A DNA stretch of 64,000 nt from NCBI RefSeq assembly GCF_009914755.1, contig NC_060925.1, one strand, 5' to 3'. The notes under the pieces are model-generated. The model had not been told where the DNA came from, made no database searches, and worked only from the letters and a program-made list of their open reading frames with translations. Positions 14,907 to 28,698 of this stretch are shown here, in pieces. The stretch's first letter is position 1; each line of letters begins with the position of its first letter. The position numbers were made by a program, and so were the translations under genes. The DNA comes from the human T2T-CHM13v2.0 reference genome, Homo sapiens.

Positions 14907-17900
14907 TAGTTACGCTGCTGTTTCTAGGCAAAGTTGTCATGAACTTGGAGGCTATTAGCTCAATTGATGCAGATTTAAGGTCCTTTAATAAAACAGGAGA
15001 TGAAAGCTAAAACTAACATTTGAGTGGCACAGCCATTTTCTTGCAACCTGCAGTGGCATGACCATAGCCATTGGTTGCCACTGTTCGCTGCTCTCCCCGC
15101 TGTTTCAGTTCCAGTGCAAATCTGTGAGGGCAGCACTCCTTTGAAAGACTTAATGAATCACATATAATTATAACAGCCGATAGATTTTAAGGGGTAGCCA
15201 TTTTTATCTTTCAGATAGACTTAATCTAGCATTTTTATATTACAGTATCAGCTGTTTGTCATATTGATAAAAAATAAGAGAAGAATGATTTAAAGTTTAT
15301 TATTTCAGGTGTAATGTGAATTGCTCACATTTTCATTGTGCTGAGAAACTAGAGCAGAAGGACACATGGTAGCAGCAGGAAGCTTCTACAACTATCTTGA
15401 TGACTTGTTACTTTGACAGTTTCTATGAGAACCCCAGCTGTGACCAAGGTAAGTGGGATGGTGTCACTTTGACACTGCAGCTGCTCTGTTGGCAAGTAGA
15501 GTTCTGTGTGATCCTTGGGAAGACAAAATATATAACATTTCAAAGAGGGGCCACTTTACTGTTATATCAATACCTGCAAGTCTTGAATGAGTTGAGTGGT
15601 GGAAACAAAGTCTTAATTCATTGTTTGAAAAAACTAGAATCTCTGTCTTACCAGAAGTTGAGAGAAGACTAAAACTGAAAGACAGATGTGTGGCCAATTA
15701 GGTATGTCAGGCTATTTCCTTCATTTTTATGTCATACGTGAGTTCATAGTTTTCTAAACCCATTCAAAATTAATGGACAAAGAAGACAATGTACACTCGA
15801 CTATTGAAAACTGTTGTTAGAGCAGAGCTGAGCAGTTACTTTAGGCTAGTTGGGAAAGCATAACAATCTACAATTATTTGAAGCTATAAATATTGAGGCA
15901 GGAGAGAAGGCATTTAATAGAGTAGAAAAGAATTCAATAATGAGAAGTGAAGTAATGCTTACAGCCTGGCCATTTTATTAGGAATCACTACATGACATTA
16001 AAAGCTCCTGAAAAATGGGATGTTCTTGTGAAGAAAGCTGTGGAAACCTCACATTTGCCAAGTTCACCACTGAATTCAGGAAATGGGACAATAATGGGTT
16101 GAGTAATACAGGAAAGGCAGATTTGTAGGTGATGTCATAAAGAGCAGAGTAATTACTTCACTGTCAACTTTAGGATAGGTGCCTACTCTCGGCAAATACT
16201 GACTTGCGTCTTCTTATTTCTTCTTTTATTGTGTCTCTTTCTGCTCTGAGACCATTAAAGCAGGCAGCTTGCTCTCTTAAGCTGTCCACATGATTGCTAC
16301 ATGTCATATCTCCCCATGCTTTTGAGGCTTTGTGACAACTTTAGCTTTTCTCTTACCTTCTGTGTCCACCTACAAAATTTCATAACTAACAGATGGTGAA
16401 GTGATAATGACCAATAGCGGTTAACATGTGATTTTAACAAGGGCCTCCTTCATACTGAGCAGATGCCTAGAGTAATAATTCTCTAAAAGGAAACTGCAGA
16501 CACTGCCAGGTCAGCAGTTACTAAAGCCTTCAAGGTACCTTTCCGGCCAGATGACATTTGACATTCCATAGGTGAACCATTCTACACCATCATTCCTTAT
16601 AAGGACTCAAATTACCAACTGAACTTTTCAAATCTCTCTTTAGTTTACTGAATACGTTGATTAAACTAAGCTTAATGTTAAGCATGGGATTCCATGATTG
16701 AGAGAAATAAATATTAAAGCAAACCGTATCAATTGTGGGATAGAGATAAACAGCTTTTACTGTTTGCAAGTTTCCTGCCTGATTCACTCTTTGTTGGTAG
16801 CAATTGAAGTACAGTTCCCCCTTTTCTCTTCTAGTCTTCCTATCTCTTAATCCTGAATTTAATATCCAGAAGTATTGTTTAGATTAGAAGATACTCAATT
16901 ACAAGAGTAAAATTCTCAAGAGATAGGAATAAACTTCAAGCTAATATTGCATTTGATGTGTTATTATGAGGGAAATAAGCACCATATCTTACTTTTACAT
17001 AGGGCTTTCATATCAAAGCTTGTATAAACTTAAATTCATCATGTACTTTATTGACAAATGGATAAATTAATATTGACCCAATTTAAAAGCTATCTCTGAG
17101 ATGAGTTTGAGATTATTCAAACTTTACCATTTGTTCTGCTGAAAATGGAAAACCAAAACATCTCATAATCCCAGGGACAGGCATTTCAGTGTTTTTGTCC
17201 CCTCAACAGATAGAGGTTTCATGATTACATGCTCATTTTTAGTGGAGGTTGGCAGAAGGAGATCAAGTTAACTGGAGGAAATTGATAACAGCAGCCCATG
17301 CATTTGAGGTTTCTAAGAATAAACTGGCAAGTTGAAGCAGTTGTAAAGTGGTATTTTCTTTTTTGATTTAGTCATCAAAGAAAAATATGCACAAATTGTC
17401 ACAGGGAAAACAGTAATGGAGAAGTACACATTATGAACATTGATTTTTACAAACTTAATAAATAATAATAGCTAAGGGATATGGAATTGTGAAAATACAA
17501 GTCTTTCAGGGATCATCTAAACCTCATAAAACTTTCAAAATTTGCTGTAGTAGAGAGATTCTCTACAAAGCCAAGTTTCAATTATATTTCCAGAGAGATT
17601 AAGTATTCCAGAAATCAAGTGTAACCTTTAGCATCTTTTTTACATAATTAACCTTGTTACCTGAAAACTGCCAGTTGAGTTTGAAAAGCTGTCCTATGAT
17701 TTTTATTAGGATCTAGGGTAGGAAGTTGAATGAGAATTGTTCAAGAATCTGTACCCTTGGAGAAAGCTTCTGCTGTGAGGTTGGGCTTGGGGTATAAACT
17801 GTCTTAAGTAAGTTCCAATAAAGGGAGAGAATGTATACTTAAATGATCCTTCCAGGAGAGGAAAGAGAACATTTGAATTCGAAGGAAAGAACAATGTTGA

Positions 17901-18084
17901 ATTCATGAATTATCATCACGACCTGGTTGTAATTTCCAGAGGAAGAGAGTGTCCTCTCAACCAGAAAATTGGTCCCTTTCCAGAAATGGTTGACTAGGAC
18001 TCAACATGTAAAACTTCTGTTGTATTATTTATTATCTTTTTATTTTCATAATAGACCTAAACTTTAGAAAGAGTACTCACTTTC

Positions 18085-18497
18085 CTAATCCCTGTGCTGG
18101 GGCTGTCATAACAAAATACCACAGACAGGGTGGGTTAAACAATAGAAATTTACTTTCTCACAGTTCTAGAGGATGGAAGTTCAAGATTGAGGTGTTAGCA
18201 GGGTTGATTTCTCCTGAGACCTCTCTTCCTGGCTTGCAGATGGCAAGCCAAGTCTTCTAGCTGTTTCCTCACATGGCCTTTCACCTGTGCACAAGTGCAT
18301 TGAAGATGGCTCTCTTGTATCCTAATTTCTTCTTATCAGGACACCGATCAAATTGAATTAGGGTTCACCCTAATAATCTCATTATAACATAATTACTCTT
18401 TAAAAGCCCTATATTCAAATACAGTCCCATTCTGTAGTAATAAGGATTATAACTTAAATATATGCATTTTATAGGGAACGAAATTCAGTCCATAACA
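18085..18497 (-). mobile_element. MLT1B-like MaLR solo LTR
   Basis: ataacaaaataccacagac...aaatttactttctcacagttctagagg...aattcagtccataaca. Confidence 0.85.
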
Positions 18498-18848
18498 GGC
18501 CCTTTGTCCAGCAACAAAGGTAAAAATAAAAATAATTTTAGCCAGAGCTAAATCAATATTAACCTCTGACATATGTCACATTCAAACGTATTGTCCTGAA
18601 GACCTTCAATCAATCTACAAAGGAAAATTAGGTGTTCTGTTTTCTTTATCTTTCTTTCCCAAACTAATTCTGCCTCTCCTTAATTATCTTGAAAGCATTA
18701 AAATATTTCCCCACAGGAAAATGTAAAACCCCACTCTCCAGACCTAGAGAAACATAGAAATGAATAATTCTGATATTGGTTGAAATGTAGCATTACAAAA
18801 GGGAAGTTATAAAAGGAAGATGAGATAATATCCACCTTAGAACTAGCT

Positions 18849-18909
18849 CTGTGTGTGTACACGTGTGTGTGTGTGTACACGTGTGTGTGTGTGTTTATAT
18901 GTGTGTGTG
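18849..18909. repeat. (TG)n compound microsatellite with repeated gtgtacacgtgt
   Basis: Direct reading; mostly alternating purine-pyrimidine. Confidence 0.9.
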
Positions 18910-19596
18910 ATGTTACCTCTCTTCTATTTATTTTCTCATACTCTTACAAGTAGGGTTCAGAGTCCTATAATTTTGAGACCTCCAACAGTCAACTAGTTTC
19001 TGTTAGTGGACGTTCCCAGTTTTGAAACAGATCTAGTTGCTTCTAGCACTTCATTTTGGCATCATACAACTGGGATTTAGGTTCATTGTGACCTGAACTT
19101 CAGCAGTGGCTAGACAGATTTCGTAATTCATTATTTGAATAATAAGTAGGCTCCCTGATTACTTATCTTTCTTGCTTACCCCAAATCTGAGATGGAAAAA
19201 AAGCCAATAAAAGTAGTTAAATTGTGTTGGTTTTATTATATCTGTTGCTCTAAATAAAATGTCTTCACATGTTTAATCTATTGAGTAAATATTTCCTGTT
19301 GGGGAAAAGCTTCAGAGAGGATAAAAGGAAGTCATGATCTGCTCAAATTATTCTCCAAGCAAGCAACTCCAGAATTCCTCACCCTTACCATGCACTAGGT
19401 AAATGCTAGCTGGAATGTTTTACGCTGAAAAGTACAATTCTCAAAATAGTTACCCAGTTTTTCCTATCAGTGTTCCTGATAAGAAAATCTACTCAATCTA
19501 CTCTAAAACGGCAGGCACCTGCACATAGAGAGTGGAAGTAATTTATCTGAACACAGGTTGAGAGCTACTAGCTTATATCAAAAGGTTATGAGAAGG

Positions 19597-19746
19597 GGGA
19601 TGGGGGAGGGATAGCATTAGGAGAAATACTTAATGTAAATGACGAGTTAATGGGTGCAGCAAACCAATATGGTACGTGTATACATATGTAACAAACCTGC
19701 ACATTGTGCACATGTACCCTAGAACTTAAGGTATAATTTTTTAAAA
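19597..19746 (+). mobile_element. Very short 5'-truncated L1PA (about L1PA4-6) 3' end
   Basis: gatagcattaggagaaatac...aatgtaaatgacgagttaatgggtgcagc...ccctagaactt. Perfect 17-bp TSD aaaaggttatgagaagg at 19580-19596 and 19747-19763. Confidence 0.95.
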
Positions 19747-20639
19747 AAAAGGTTATGAGAAGGAGTAGATAGAAGAGGGTAGGATGGAGTGGAACAAATG
19801 AGAAAGAATCTGGCAGAGAAAGTACTTGTTGTTTGCACAATTCAAAGGGCACCGTTAAATACTTATGTGATTATCCCATCTGGAGCACAACTCCATGGAA
19901 TAAGAAATATGAATGGTACCCCTGAAGAAGTCTATCCCTGTGCACTGGGAATCTGATCCCCTGAGGGAGAAGGGATTTTTTTCATAACAAAATATACACA
20001 TTCCTGGAGAAATGCATGTATTTTCCTGTAGTGTATATTAGATGTAAGGAGATTCATCTTGGAGAATGTGCTCTGACATGGCTGTAGGCTCCAGCTATTT
20101 TTGTCCTGTTGCTAGTTATTTAAAAAAAATTAAGCACTGTGTTTGTAAATTAACATCTAGGAAATTACTTTCTTGAGATTGTCTAATGTTTCCATAACAG
20201 AGTGAACTCTGGTAGTAAAACATAACAGAAACCTTCTGCTCTCAATTACCACAACAATCCTTTTATTCTGTTGTTCTGCATCTGAAACACAGACACAGGG
20301 AAATGAGGATTTACTGAAAGATATCTTTGGGTTAAAGGTTCAATCAATAAACAAAAATTTATTGTGTACTCTCTAGGAAACTCAGTAAATTTTTTTTAGA
20401 AATTGCTTCTGAAATACAGATTTTTTTGATGAGTAAAAGGAACCCAATTAATACATAGGGCCAAAGCCACAATGACTGACCATAAAGAGATACAGCAGTA
20501 GAGAGATTTGTAGGTTAAATGTAGCTCTCAAATATCCCAGTGGAAGCAAGAAAGTCTTTTATAGAACTTGGTGTTGAAAAAGTTATGTTACATTAGGTGT
20601 ATCTAGTGGGATTAGTATCATAGTTACATATTTTGTACT

Positions 20640-21042
20640 ATGTGCATCAATTCATGGAGTATTTAACTGGCAGATGGGCTAGATTGGAAGGCACAGTATG
20701 GCTTAATTTGCATGTCTGGTACCTTGGTAGGGAGGCTGGAAAAAAGGGCTCAGCTGGGACGGTTTTCTAGAGGTCCTTCACATGTCATCTTCAGGTCTGA
20801 GGGCAATCTACCTCCTTACATGGTTGATCAGGGCTCTCAGAGACAGTGTTCCAGAAAAACTAGGAAAAAATGCAAATACTTTATATTTTAGCCTCAGAGA
20901 TCTCATTTTTTTCACTTCCACTGCATTCTGCTGATTAAGCTAATCACTAAAGCCAAGTCAGATTAAAGGAGAAGATATTTAGAACCATCTTCTCCATAAA
21001 ACAAATGTGAAAATATCTACTGCCATCTTTAATCTGCCACAC
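20640..21042 (-). mobile_element. MLT1H-like MaLR LTR
   Basis: gggctcagctgggac...tccttacatgg...cacttccactgcattctg...gccatctttaatctgccaca terminus. Confidence 0.75.
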
Positions 21043-23071
21043 AATGCTACCCATAAACAAAAGTAATTCAGTGTAAGTAGGTGACTGAAGCACAGGATGT
21101 CTTTAAAAATATTAGCTATTCTTTCTTTACATCTTATTTTCAGAAATCTTTCTATAGCATGTAGAAGAGACTTTTTTTAGCAATCTGACCATCTTCTCTA
21201 AATTATTTAAAAATATATATATTATCAGAAAATTTGGTTCACATTTCAATATTTATAGGATACTTGGATCTCAGGATTGAATAAGACCTTAGAGATAATC
21301 CTCAGTTCCTATACTCAATTACCATTTCAGTTAGCTCAAACTGCAGGTTTCAGCTTTGGGAGTAAAGCAAAAGAAAGCTGGCCAGCACTTGTGAGTACTG
21401 CCCATTTTTTCCCATACTTACTAAATAGCAGTGTGCAAGGGCATGACTCATAAACCACCACCACCTTTGACAGGTTTGCTTTAAGAATAGACTTATTATG
21501 CAACTTCAGCAATAGATCTTCAAATAGCTTGGGGACAGAGGCTGTGATGTGAAGTTTAAGAAGCATACTTCTGCAAAGCTTAGTTGTAATATATTTGAGA
21601 CTCATTGGGGGTGCTAAAGTAAACTGCAGTCAATAAAAGGATAGTCTAGTTTTTGGAAACAGATGGCAGATGTGATGATAAGACTATACGGAAGTTCCTC
21701 TATGATGAATAATGAGGCAAAGTGTTTACTGAAGAGAATTTAAAAAGAAAAGAACTGATGGTTAAATGCAGGGTGATTGGTATCCTGGAATGAGGCAGGG
21801 AAAAAAAAAGGCAGAGTGCAGAGGTAGAGACCCACAGAAAATACCAATTGTGTATACAGGATATACAACTACCTTAAACACTTTTTACAATGAGATGAAG
21901 TATAAGTTGTTGAATAAAAAATTGTTTAACTCAGAAAGACACAAACATAGAAAAATGTAGACAAAGAAGAATAGAGGCATATCCATTAAAGGAGTATTTG
22001 TCCATCTGTCCATCCACATACAGATGGACAGATACTCCTCCATACACACATGCACACAACCATACAAATGAATTCAGAAGGACTCACCTACTTAGTATTT
22101 TAGACACTTTTTGAAATGAAGTAGGCAATTAAGTATTCCGTAAAGAAAGACATACTAAGGTTGACAGAGACTTAGAAACCCAAATACATTGAAACACATG
22201 TCACAGATACACACCTGCGCCTCTCTTTCTTATAACATCTTATCTATCCTGGAGTCTTTTAGGATTTTCCCAGTAAAGTCATTTAAAGCTAAATTTCATT
22301 TTAACATCATGTGAAAATATCATCCCCTAGAATTTGCCTAAAAACTTATATTAAACTCATTAGAGGGTAGATTTTGGCTCAAAGAGTGGATGTTCCTTAT
22401 TTCTGACTTACTTTTAGTAATAACATAGCTGTTTATTACTATTAGCTACTTACTTGAGTAGTTTAATACACCTTAAAATTGCAAGAGTGCTGTTAATGTC
22501 CTGTTTCAATAGAGTATTAATAATTATATAAGCAATAAGACATTTATATAATAATTTATGTAGTGTAATTCCTGAATTTATTTTTCAAGAATATTAAGTA
22601 TTTTTAATGATAGGAGAATAAATCACTCTATCAATAATTATAAATTTTACCTTTCTTAAAATTATACATTATTTAAGGACTGATTTTAAATACCATTTTT
22701 TGAAAAGTAAAAATTAACTTATTTTACCACTGCAATATTGTTTCTCTAGCCCTTTAAAACTATTTACATTATTTTTAACATTAAAGAAAAAAACATTGGT
22801 AACACATATCTTGCTCCATGTTTGAAGTTCATGACAATCTCAATTATGAAAACTAATTGATCACTAGGATGTAGGTAAGCTGCTGATCATATATCATGGT
22901 CATTAAGAAAAAAGTACTTATTTTGCATAGAAAACATCACATAGCTCATCAGAGGAGATTAACATTTTCTAAATGTTTTAAAAATGGAAAGATAAAATTT
23001 CTCAGATTGCTGAAGAAAAAGTATGCCTTTTAAAGGTAATTGCCAAAATGTCAAAAAAGATCAATGCAGAT

Positions 23072-23378
23072 GTTTTTTTTTTTTCTTTTTTTGAGACAGA
23101 GTCTTGCTCTGTTGCCCAGGCTGCCAGGCTGGAGTGCAGTGGCACGATCTCAGCTCACTGCAACCTATGCCTCCAGGTTTAAGCTATTCTCTGCCTCAGC
23201 CTCCCAAGTAGCTGGAATTACAGGTGCCTGCCACCACACCCACCTAATTTTTGTATTTTTTAGTAGAGATGGGGTTTCACCATGTTGATCAGGCTGGTCT
23301 CAAACTCCTGACCTCGTGATCCACCCGCCTCGGCCTCCCTAGTGCTAGGATTATAGGCAGGAGCCACTGCGCCTGGCT
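23072..23378 (-). mobile_element. AluS (AluSg-like)
   Basis: Full dimer; cctgacctcgtgatcc; internal ccaggctg duplication; TSD gatcaatgcagat at 23059-23071 and 23379-23391. Confidence 0.95.
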
Positions 23379-23582
23379 GATCAATGCAGATTTTATTAAA
23401 GCATCACAAATTATTAAAACATTGTTTAAAGCTCTATTTTCTCAACTTGTTACTAGATTATAAGAACTGTCATGTTATTTCTGGTAAAAACTTAGAACTG
23501 AGTTTTAAAAGACTGCCAAAGACCTATGATGTATGATTTAGTTATGAGCCATGATGGAGGGATGAAGTGCCAAGATAGGTAT

Positions 23583-24094
23583 TTGGTAGATAGTTTTAAG
23601 ATCATTCCTGATGGATTCTTACTGTTTGATATTCATATACTTGTGTACTTCCCTCCTACATGGAGAGAGACGTCTTGTGTAGTAAGAGATGTCTTGTGTT
23701 TTGACTAATAAGATATTGTAAATAATATGGAGTGCGGCTTCCAAAGCTATTTCATAAAATAGATAATAGGAGTAAGTACGCTGCCAAATCATGAGGATAT
23801 TCAAGCAGCCCTATGAAATGTCCTTGTGGTAAGAAATTGACACCTCCCAACAGTAGCCACATGAGGGGGCCATCTTGGAATCGGATCCTCCAGTCTCAGT
23901 CAAACCTTCAGTTGCTGGCAACCCTGATCAGCATTTTGATTGCAACCCCATGAAATGCAGTGAGCCAGAAATAACCAGCTATGCTATCCTTGAATTCATG
24001 ACTCGAATAAACTGTGTGAGATTATACATTCATATTGTGTGTTTTAGTTGCTAAGTTTCAGAGTAATTTCTTATGCTGCATTTGAAACTAATAT
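23583..24094 (+). mobile_element. MLT1F-like MaLR LTR
   Basis: gccatcttggaatcggatcctccagtctcagtcaaaccttcag...ctaagtttcagagtaatttcttatgctgca...aactaatata. Confidence 0.8.
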
Positions 24095-24528
24095 AAGTAC
24101 ATATTGATATTTTAGGACTAAATCTAACACTTAATGGCTGAATAGCATTGTTATAATCACTTATTTTTTCTGGAACTCAGTTTTCCTATATTATTTATAT
24201 ATATATTCATTTTATAAAGATGAAAATATTATATACAATATATTCATTTTATATAAATTACAAAGTATAATTAGGTGATCTCTAGGATCCCTTTTAAATA
24301 TAATAGCTATGCATATTTCTGAATCTATGAGACTGTGAGCATTGTATTAATCAGGTCCAATGATTTGATTTGAATGTTGAAGAAAGACTGCTTGATTATT
24401 CATTATCTTATTCTTATTTTATATTTAAAATTACTTAAAAGATAAACTATTTTTAAAAGTAGACTTAGCAAGCTAACTCATACCGAAATAATTTTATAAT
24501 TGACATGTCTATTACAGAAGATACATTT

Positions 24529-24534
24529 TATATG

Positions 24535-24567
<33 letters not shown>
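24529..24567. repeat. (TA)n(GA)n microsatellite
   Basis: Direct reading. Confidence 0.9.
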
Positions 24568-24603
24568 CCTATTGATAAGAGGTAAGGGAAAATGAATTAG
24601 CAT

Positions 24604-24785
24604 ATGATTCTTAACTCTGGAGATACATTGAAATCACCTGGAGAACTTTTTAAAAAATACTTATGCTGGGATCCCAACCTAGACCAATTAAATCAGAATT
24701 TCTGGTAATGGAATGAGGAAATCAGAAAAATTGTTACAGATTTCATAGATAATTCCAATTTATGGCCAATATGAAGAACTGCTGA
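24604..24785. mobile_element. MER5A-like hAT MITE
   Basis: acattgaaatcacctggagaactttttaaaaaatac...ccaattaaatcagaatttctgg...gaagaactgctg. Confidence 0.8.
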
Positions 24786-25469
24786 GACACTTGAAGAAAG
24801 TAGTTACTAGACTGAAGAAATTTTGGAGTGGATCTACTGTGGGAAAAAAAAAAATAGAATACCCAGAAGTTCTGCTGGAAACCTCTCCATGGGAGGAGGA
24901 AATGCTGGTTCTGGTCACTCAGAGATCATTAACAGAAGGTCTGTTCAACTGCCTATCCTTGGAGTAGTCAAAAAGCTAACTAAGTTCCTGTCGGCAAGAG
25001 TGGAAAAAAAAAAGCCTGAGGGGTTCGTGTCCACCTGGTTTAGATACTTATAAGCTAAAGATTATCAATTAAACTGAAAAAATTCCAGAAGTTGAGTGTA
25101 GAGAAGAGGATATAACCTGTGTGGGCAGGTAATAGAGCATTGCCAGAATATTAGAATACTTATTATTAAAATAAAATAAAAAATATTTTGTTATCTTTTA
25201 TGGAATAATTTGGAAAGTTTTCTTTTTTGTCTTTTATTTTCTTTTTAAGTAAGAGCTTATTTTCTAATCACACCGAAAATGTATAGGTCAGCTTTTTGGA
25301 TCTGATGATTCTCATGATCTCTGAAGACAAACAGTGCCATCTGGCCACAAGCCTTAAATAGCAATAACATCTTAGTCACTTTGCAAATACCATTAAAAGG
25401 AAGCATCTCACATAGCAAAAATAAAGCATAACATTATTTAAAAATTAAATGATAAGTTGGAGAATTTTG

Positions 25470-25860
25470 CAGCATCAAAAATAAGGGACTCATAAATCAA
25501 AAGGAAAATGGATTATACCAGGAAAAATATGAGCAAAAGACATGAGCTGGTAAATGAGAAAAGAAAAAAATACAAATGGTCAGTAAGTACACAAGAAGAT
25601 ATTCACCATCATAAGTAAATAAAAGTTTGCTATTTGTAGGATTAGCAATTTTTAAAAATGACTATATTGGTAATATGATGCTTCCATTTGAAATGTCCCA
25701 AATGACATTAGAAATGGGATAAGTATTATAGCATATGTATATACATATACATATGTATATGAGAGTATAGCACATCTATAAAATGAAATATTTAGCCATT
25801 AAAAATAATGTTATAGTGAGTATTAATTGAAACTATTATCCAAGGAAAAAATCCAAGTTA
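25470..25860 (+). mobile_element. Ancient L1 (L1M/L1ME) 3' fragment
   Basis: gagcaaaagacatgagc...atacaaatgg...gatattcacc; atgaaatatttagccattaaaaataatg. Confidence 0.6.
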
Positions 25861-25878
25861 TATCCAAGTTATGGATAA

Positions 25879-26043
25879 TGAGAGCCTGAATATATAAATG
25901 GACAATGGCCAGCCCATATACAACAACAGAATTCTGACCCACTACCTATAAACCACCCGCCTGGGAAGATAGACTACAATCTCTGCAGCAAATAATTTGA
26001 AACAACGAGGGTTTTGTTAATGACTGTCTTTTCTTTTTCTTCT

Positions 26044-26086
<43 letters not shown>

Positions 26087-26588
26087 TCTTCTTCTTCTTC
26101 TTCCTCTTCTTCTTTCTTCTTCCTCTTCTTCTTTCTTCTTCTTTCTTCTTCCTCTTCTTCTTTCTTCTTCTTCTTCCTCTTCTTCTTTCTTCTTCTTCTT
26201 CCTCTTCCTCTTCTTCTTTCTTCTTCTTCTTCTTCCTCTTCCTCCTCCTCCTCTTCTTCCTCTTCCTCTTCTTCTTCTCTCTCTGACTCTATACACATCT
26301 TTGTCTGTGCTTCTAGCTTTGAACCATCCAGAGAAAGTCAAATATGTTTCACTAACTAATCACATAATATGCCCAGCTTCTAGTTAGCCCTCTTCCAGCT
26401 TCCCCATGCCAAAAAGCTTCAATCAGAGCATACCTAAAACTTTTTCCCACTACAAAGCTTTCCCACTCCTCTCCTTCCCTTTGAGTCTCTGCCAAATGCA
26501 AGTGACAGTGGCTGAGTCCCTTGCTATAGCAAACTGAATAAATAGCCTCTGTTTGTTCTCATTTGGGAGATCTTTGATTGTTTCCACA
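25879..26588 (+). mobile_element. ERV solo LTR (subfamily unassigned) containing the TTC tract
   Basis: TG...CA termini; aaatggacaatggccag...gaattctgacccac; aataaa near 26538 followed by a T-rich U5-like end. Confidence 0.65.
26027..26284. repeat. Complex (TTC/TCC/TTTC)n tract, i.e. (GAA)n-type on the minus strand; 258 nt of pyrimidines only
   Basis: No A or G on the + strand between 26027 and 26284. Confidence 0.97.
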
Positions 26589-28698
26589 ATATCATAATAG
26601 TATGTAAACTTCGTGGGTGTTTGTGTGAGCAAGATCTGTTTCTGAGTGTAAGCCTGAGGAAATTTCTGAAAGATAGTCACTAAGATATTAAACTTAGTTA
26701 TCTTTTGGAGGTGAGGTGCAGGGCTATTTTTACTTTAACATATTTTGCATTTGCATTTTTCAATGAGCACATACAGTTTATGTAAATAGAAACAAAATCA
26801 TCATAAGTGTACAAATAAGTTTATCATTATGTTTAATATTGTTAGACTAAAAATCATGTATATAAAACATATTTCTATCCATATATGAGGTATGTGATGG
26901 TATTCGGTTGGTTGGACTTTTCCTTTTCTCAATCATTCTCTAAAGGTAAATTTTCCATATTGGGTGTCCGAAAAGTTTTAGTCTGATGAATATTCTTTAA
27001 ATATGAAAAATAGACTAGTTGAGAAATATATTTTTAATTATACAAATGATTAATATGTGTTAACCATAAGGGGACTCTCTGATTCAATAGTCTCCATTAT
27101 TCAGCCATAACTCAAATAGCTATTATCATTCCAGAGCTAGAAAAAAATCCCCTTAGATTAATAAACATAAATCTTTATGGTCATCAATTTCCCCTGATGT
27201 TTCTTTAACAAAGGCCAGAAAGATTAGATTTTTGAAGGGAGCATTGCTCATTTCTGTCAACATCTGATTATTTATCCTCCTTAGTTAAACAAAACCCTGG
27301 TTATGACAAAGGCTAAACTTTGAATAAATCTGCAAATTTAAATTATACAGCTGAGGGAGACAAGAAAGCATAAATAATAGGGCCAACTTTTTTCACCTGA
27401 GCAGAATCTTGTTCTTCCTAATTAAAGGTGATGCTACTGAGCCAGTCACAGGAGGAAATATGCTTAATCTATTTCGAGGCAATGAGTTTCTGCTGTTGCA
27501 TCTATCCTTTATTTCCTGGTCTCCCTTTTGACCTTTTCATCCACAGCACATGGGACAGGTACTAGGGTCCCATGAGAAAGACAAATGGCCAAAAAACACA
27601 GATCTTACAGAACTTACATTCCATTCTGCACCATTGCGTTTTGATTTTCATATTGATAATATTGTCATGAGGACTAAACAAATATATATATGTGTGTGTG
27701 TTTATAGGAGTATACATATATGTATGTATATCTGTGTATAAATCTGTATATATATACACGTGCAAAGTATTTAGAAGGCAGGCATCCTTTAGCCAAACAT
27801 TACGTATATAATAATTACTGCTATTGTTTCATGTTCCAAATTATTTTGCAATTAACTCTGATATACGCTAACATATGACCAGTATGTTCCCTTTTCTCAG
27901 CTTGGAGTACAGAACAAGACTCTATTTCCTTTACTGTTAAAATTATAGTAATTTTTTAACTCTAATGAATTAATACAGTATTTAATACTACAGGGCCTCC
28001 TACTGCAAATTGCCAGGATCCCACACAGTTGCTTGTGCTGGTCCAAGAATCAGTCTTCCTGTGGCTTCCTCATGGCAGGAGAACTCAGCTGTGCCAGCAA
28101 AACCATCGCCTGCAAACATTGACCCTAAGTAGCCCTGTGTGCCGGGCCTGGTTCCTCTGCACTAAGCCCAAGTCTGGTTTCACAGCCATAAGCAGCTTAT
28201 GGGAACAGGTTAGCGCAAGTCTCCATCTGCCTCAGGAATCCTCTAAGGTAGCAGAGGTCACTACCAAGACAAAATTTTCCCTCCCCAAACCACCACAAAG
28301 GACAAAAGCTTAATTACAAAGAGCTACTCTAAACGTCCTTTCTACACCAAAGAGATTCTTCCCCTAAAGTAAAACAAAAAATTCAATTCTGAAGCCCCAA
28401 AGCAGGGAGCAAATTTTAAATGATGGCACAGAGGTTTAACATAAATAAATCAATTGACGATTAGAAAAATGAATAAATGAAGTGAGGAGTAAAGTAAAAT
28501 GTGGGACGTAACTTTCCACCGAGTAACCTGATACACGTGTATCTTGGTTGACAAGAAAAATATTAAACGAGGCTCATTCTTCTCCATTGTTCTGTCTTAT
28601 ATGTTGTAGATATGTCAGTCAGGTAAAAAAACTATGGATATTTATGCCTTTTGGTGGAAAAGGGATTATTTCCAGTTTGCATATTTCCTGCAAATGTC

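Noticed and set aside
15051-15083. Hairpin cagtggca...tgccactg
   Set aside because: An 8+4 bp stem is too short for a pre-miRNA and is expected by chance in 64 kb.
21336-21605. 89-aa minus ORF containing SVPKLFEDLLLKL, faintly like a LINE RT motif
   Set aside because: A single short motif with no collinear support.
25330-25350. CTCF-like ggccagatggcac on the minus strand
   Set aside because: Only a partial match; cannot be supported without ChIP data.
25946-26341. Poly-E, poly-R/K and poly-S/F ORFs of 90-131 aa
   Set aside because: Artefacts of the stop-free TTC/GAA repeat.
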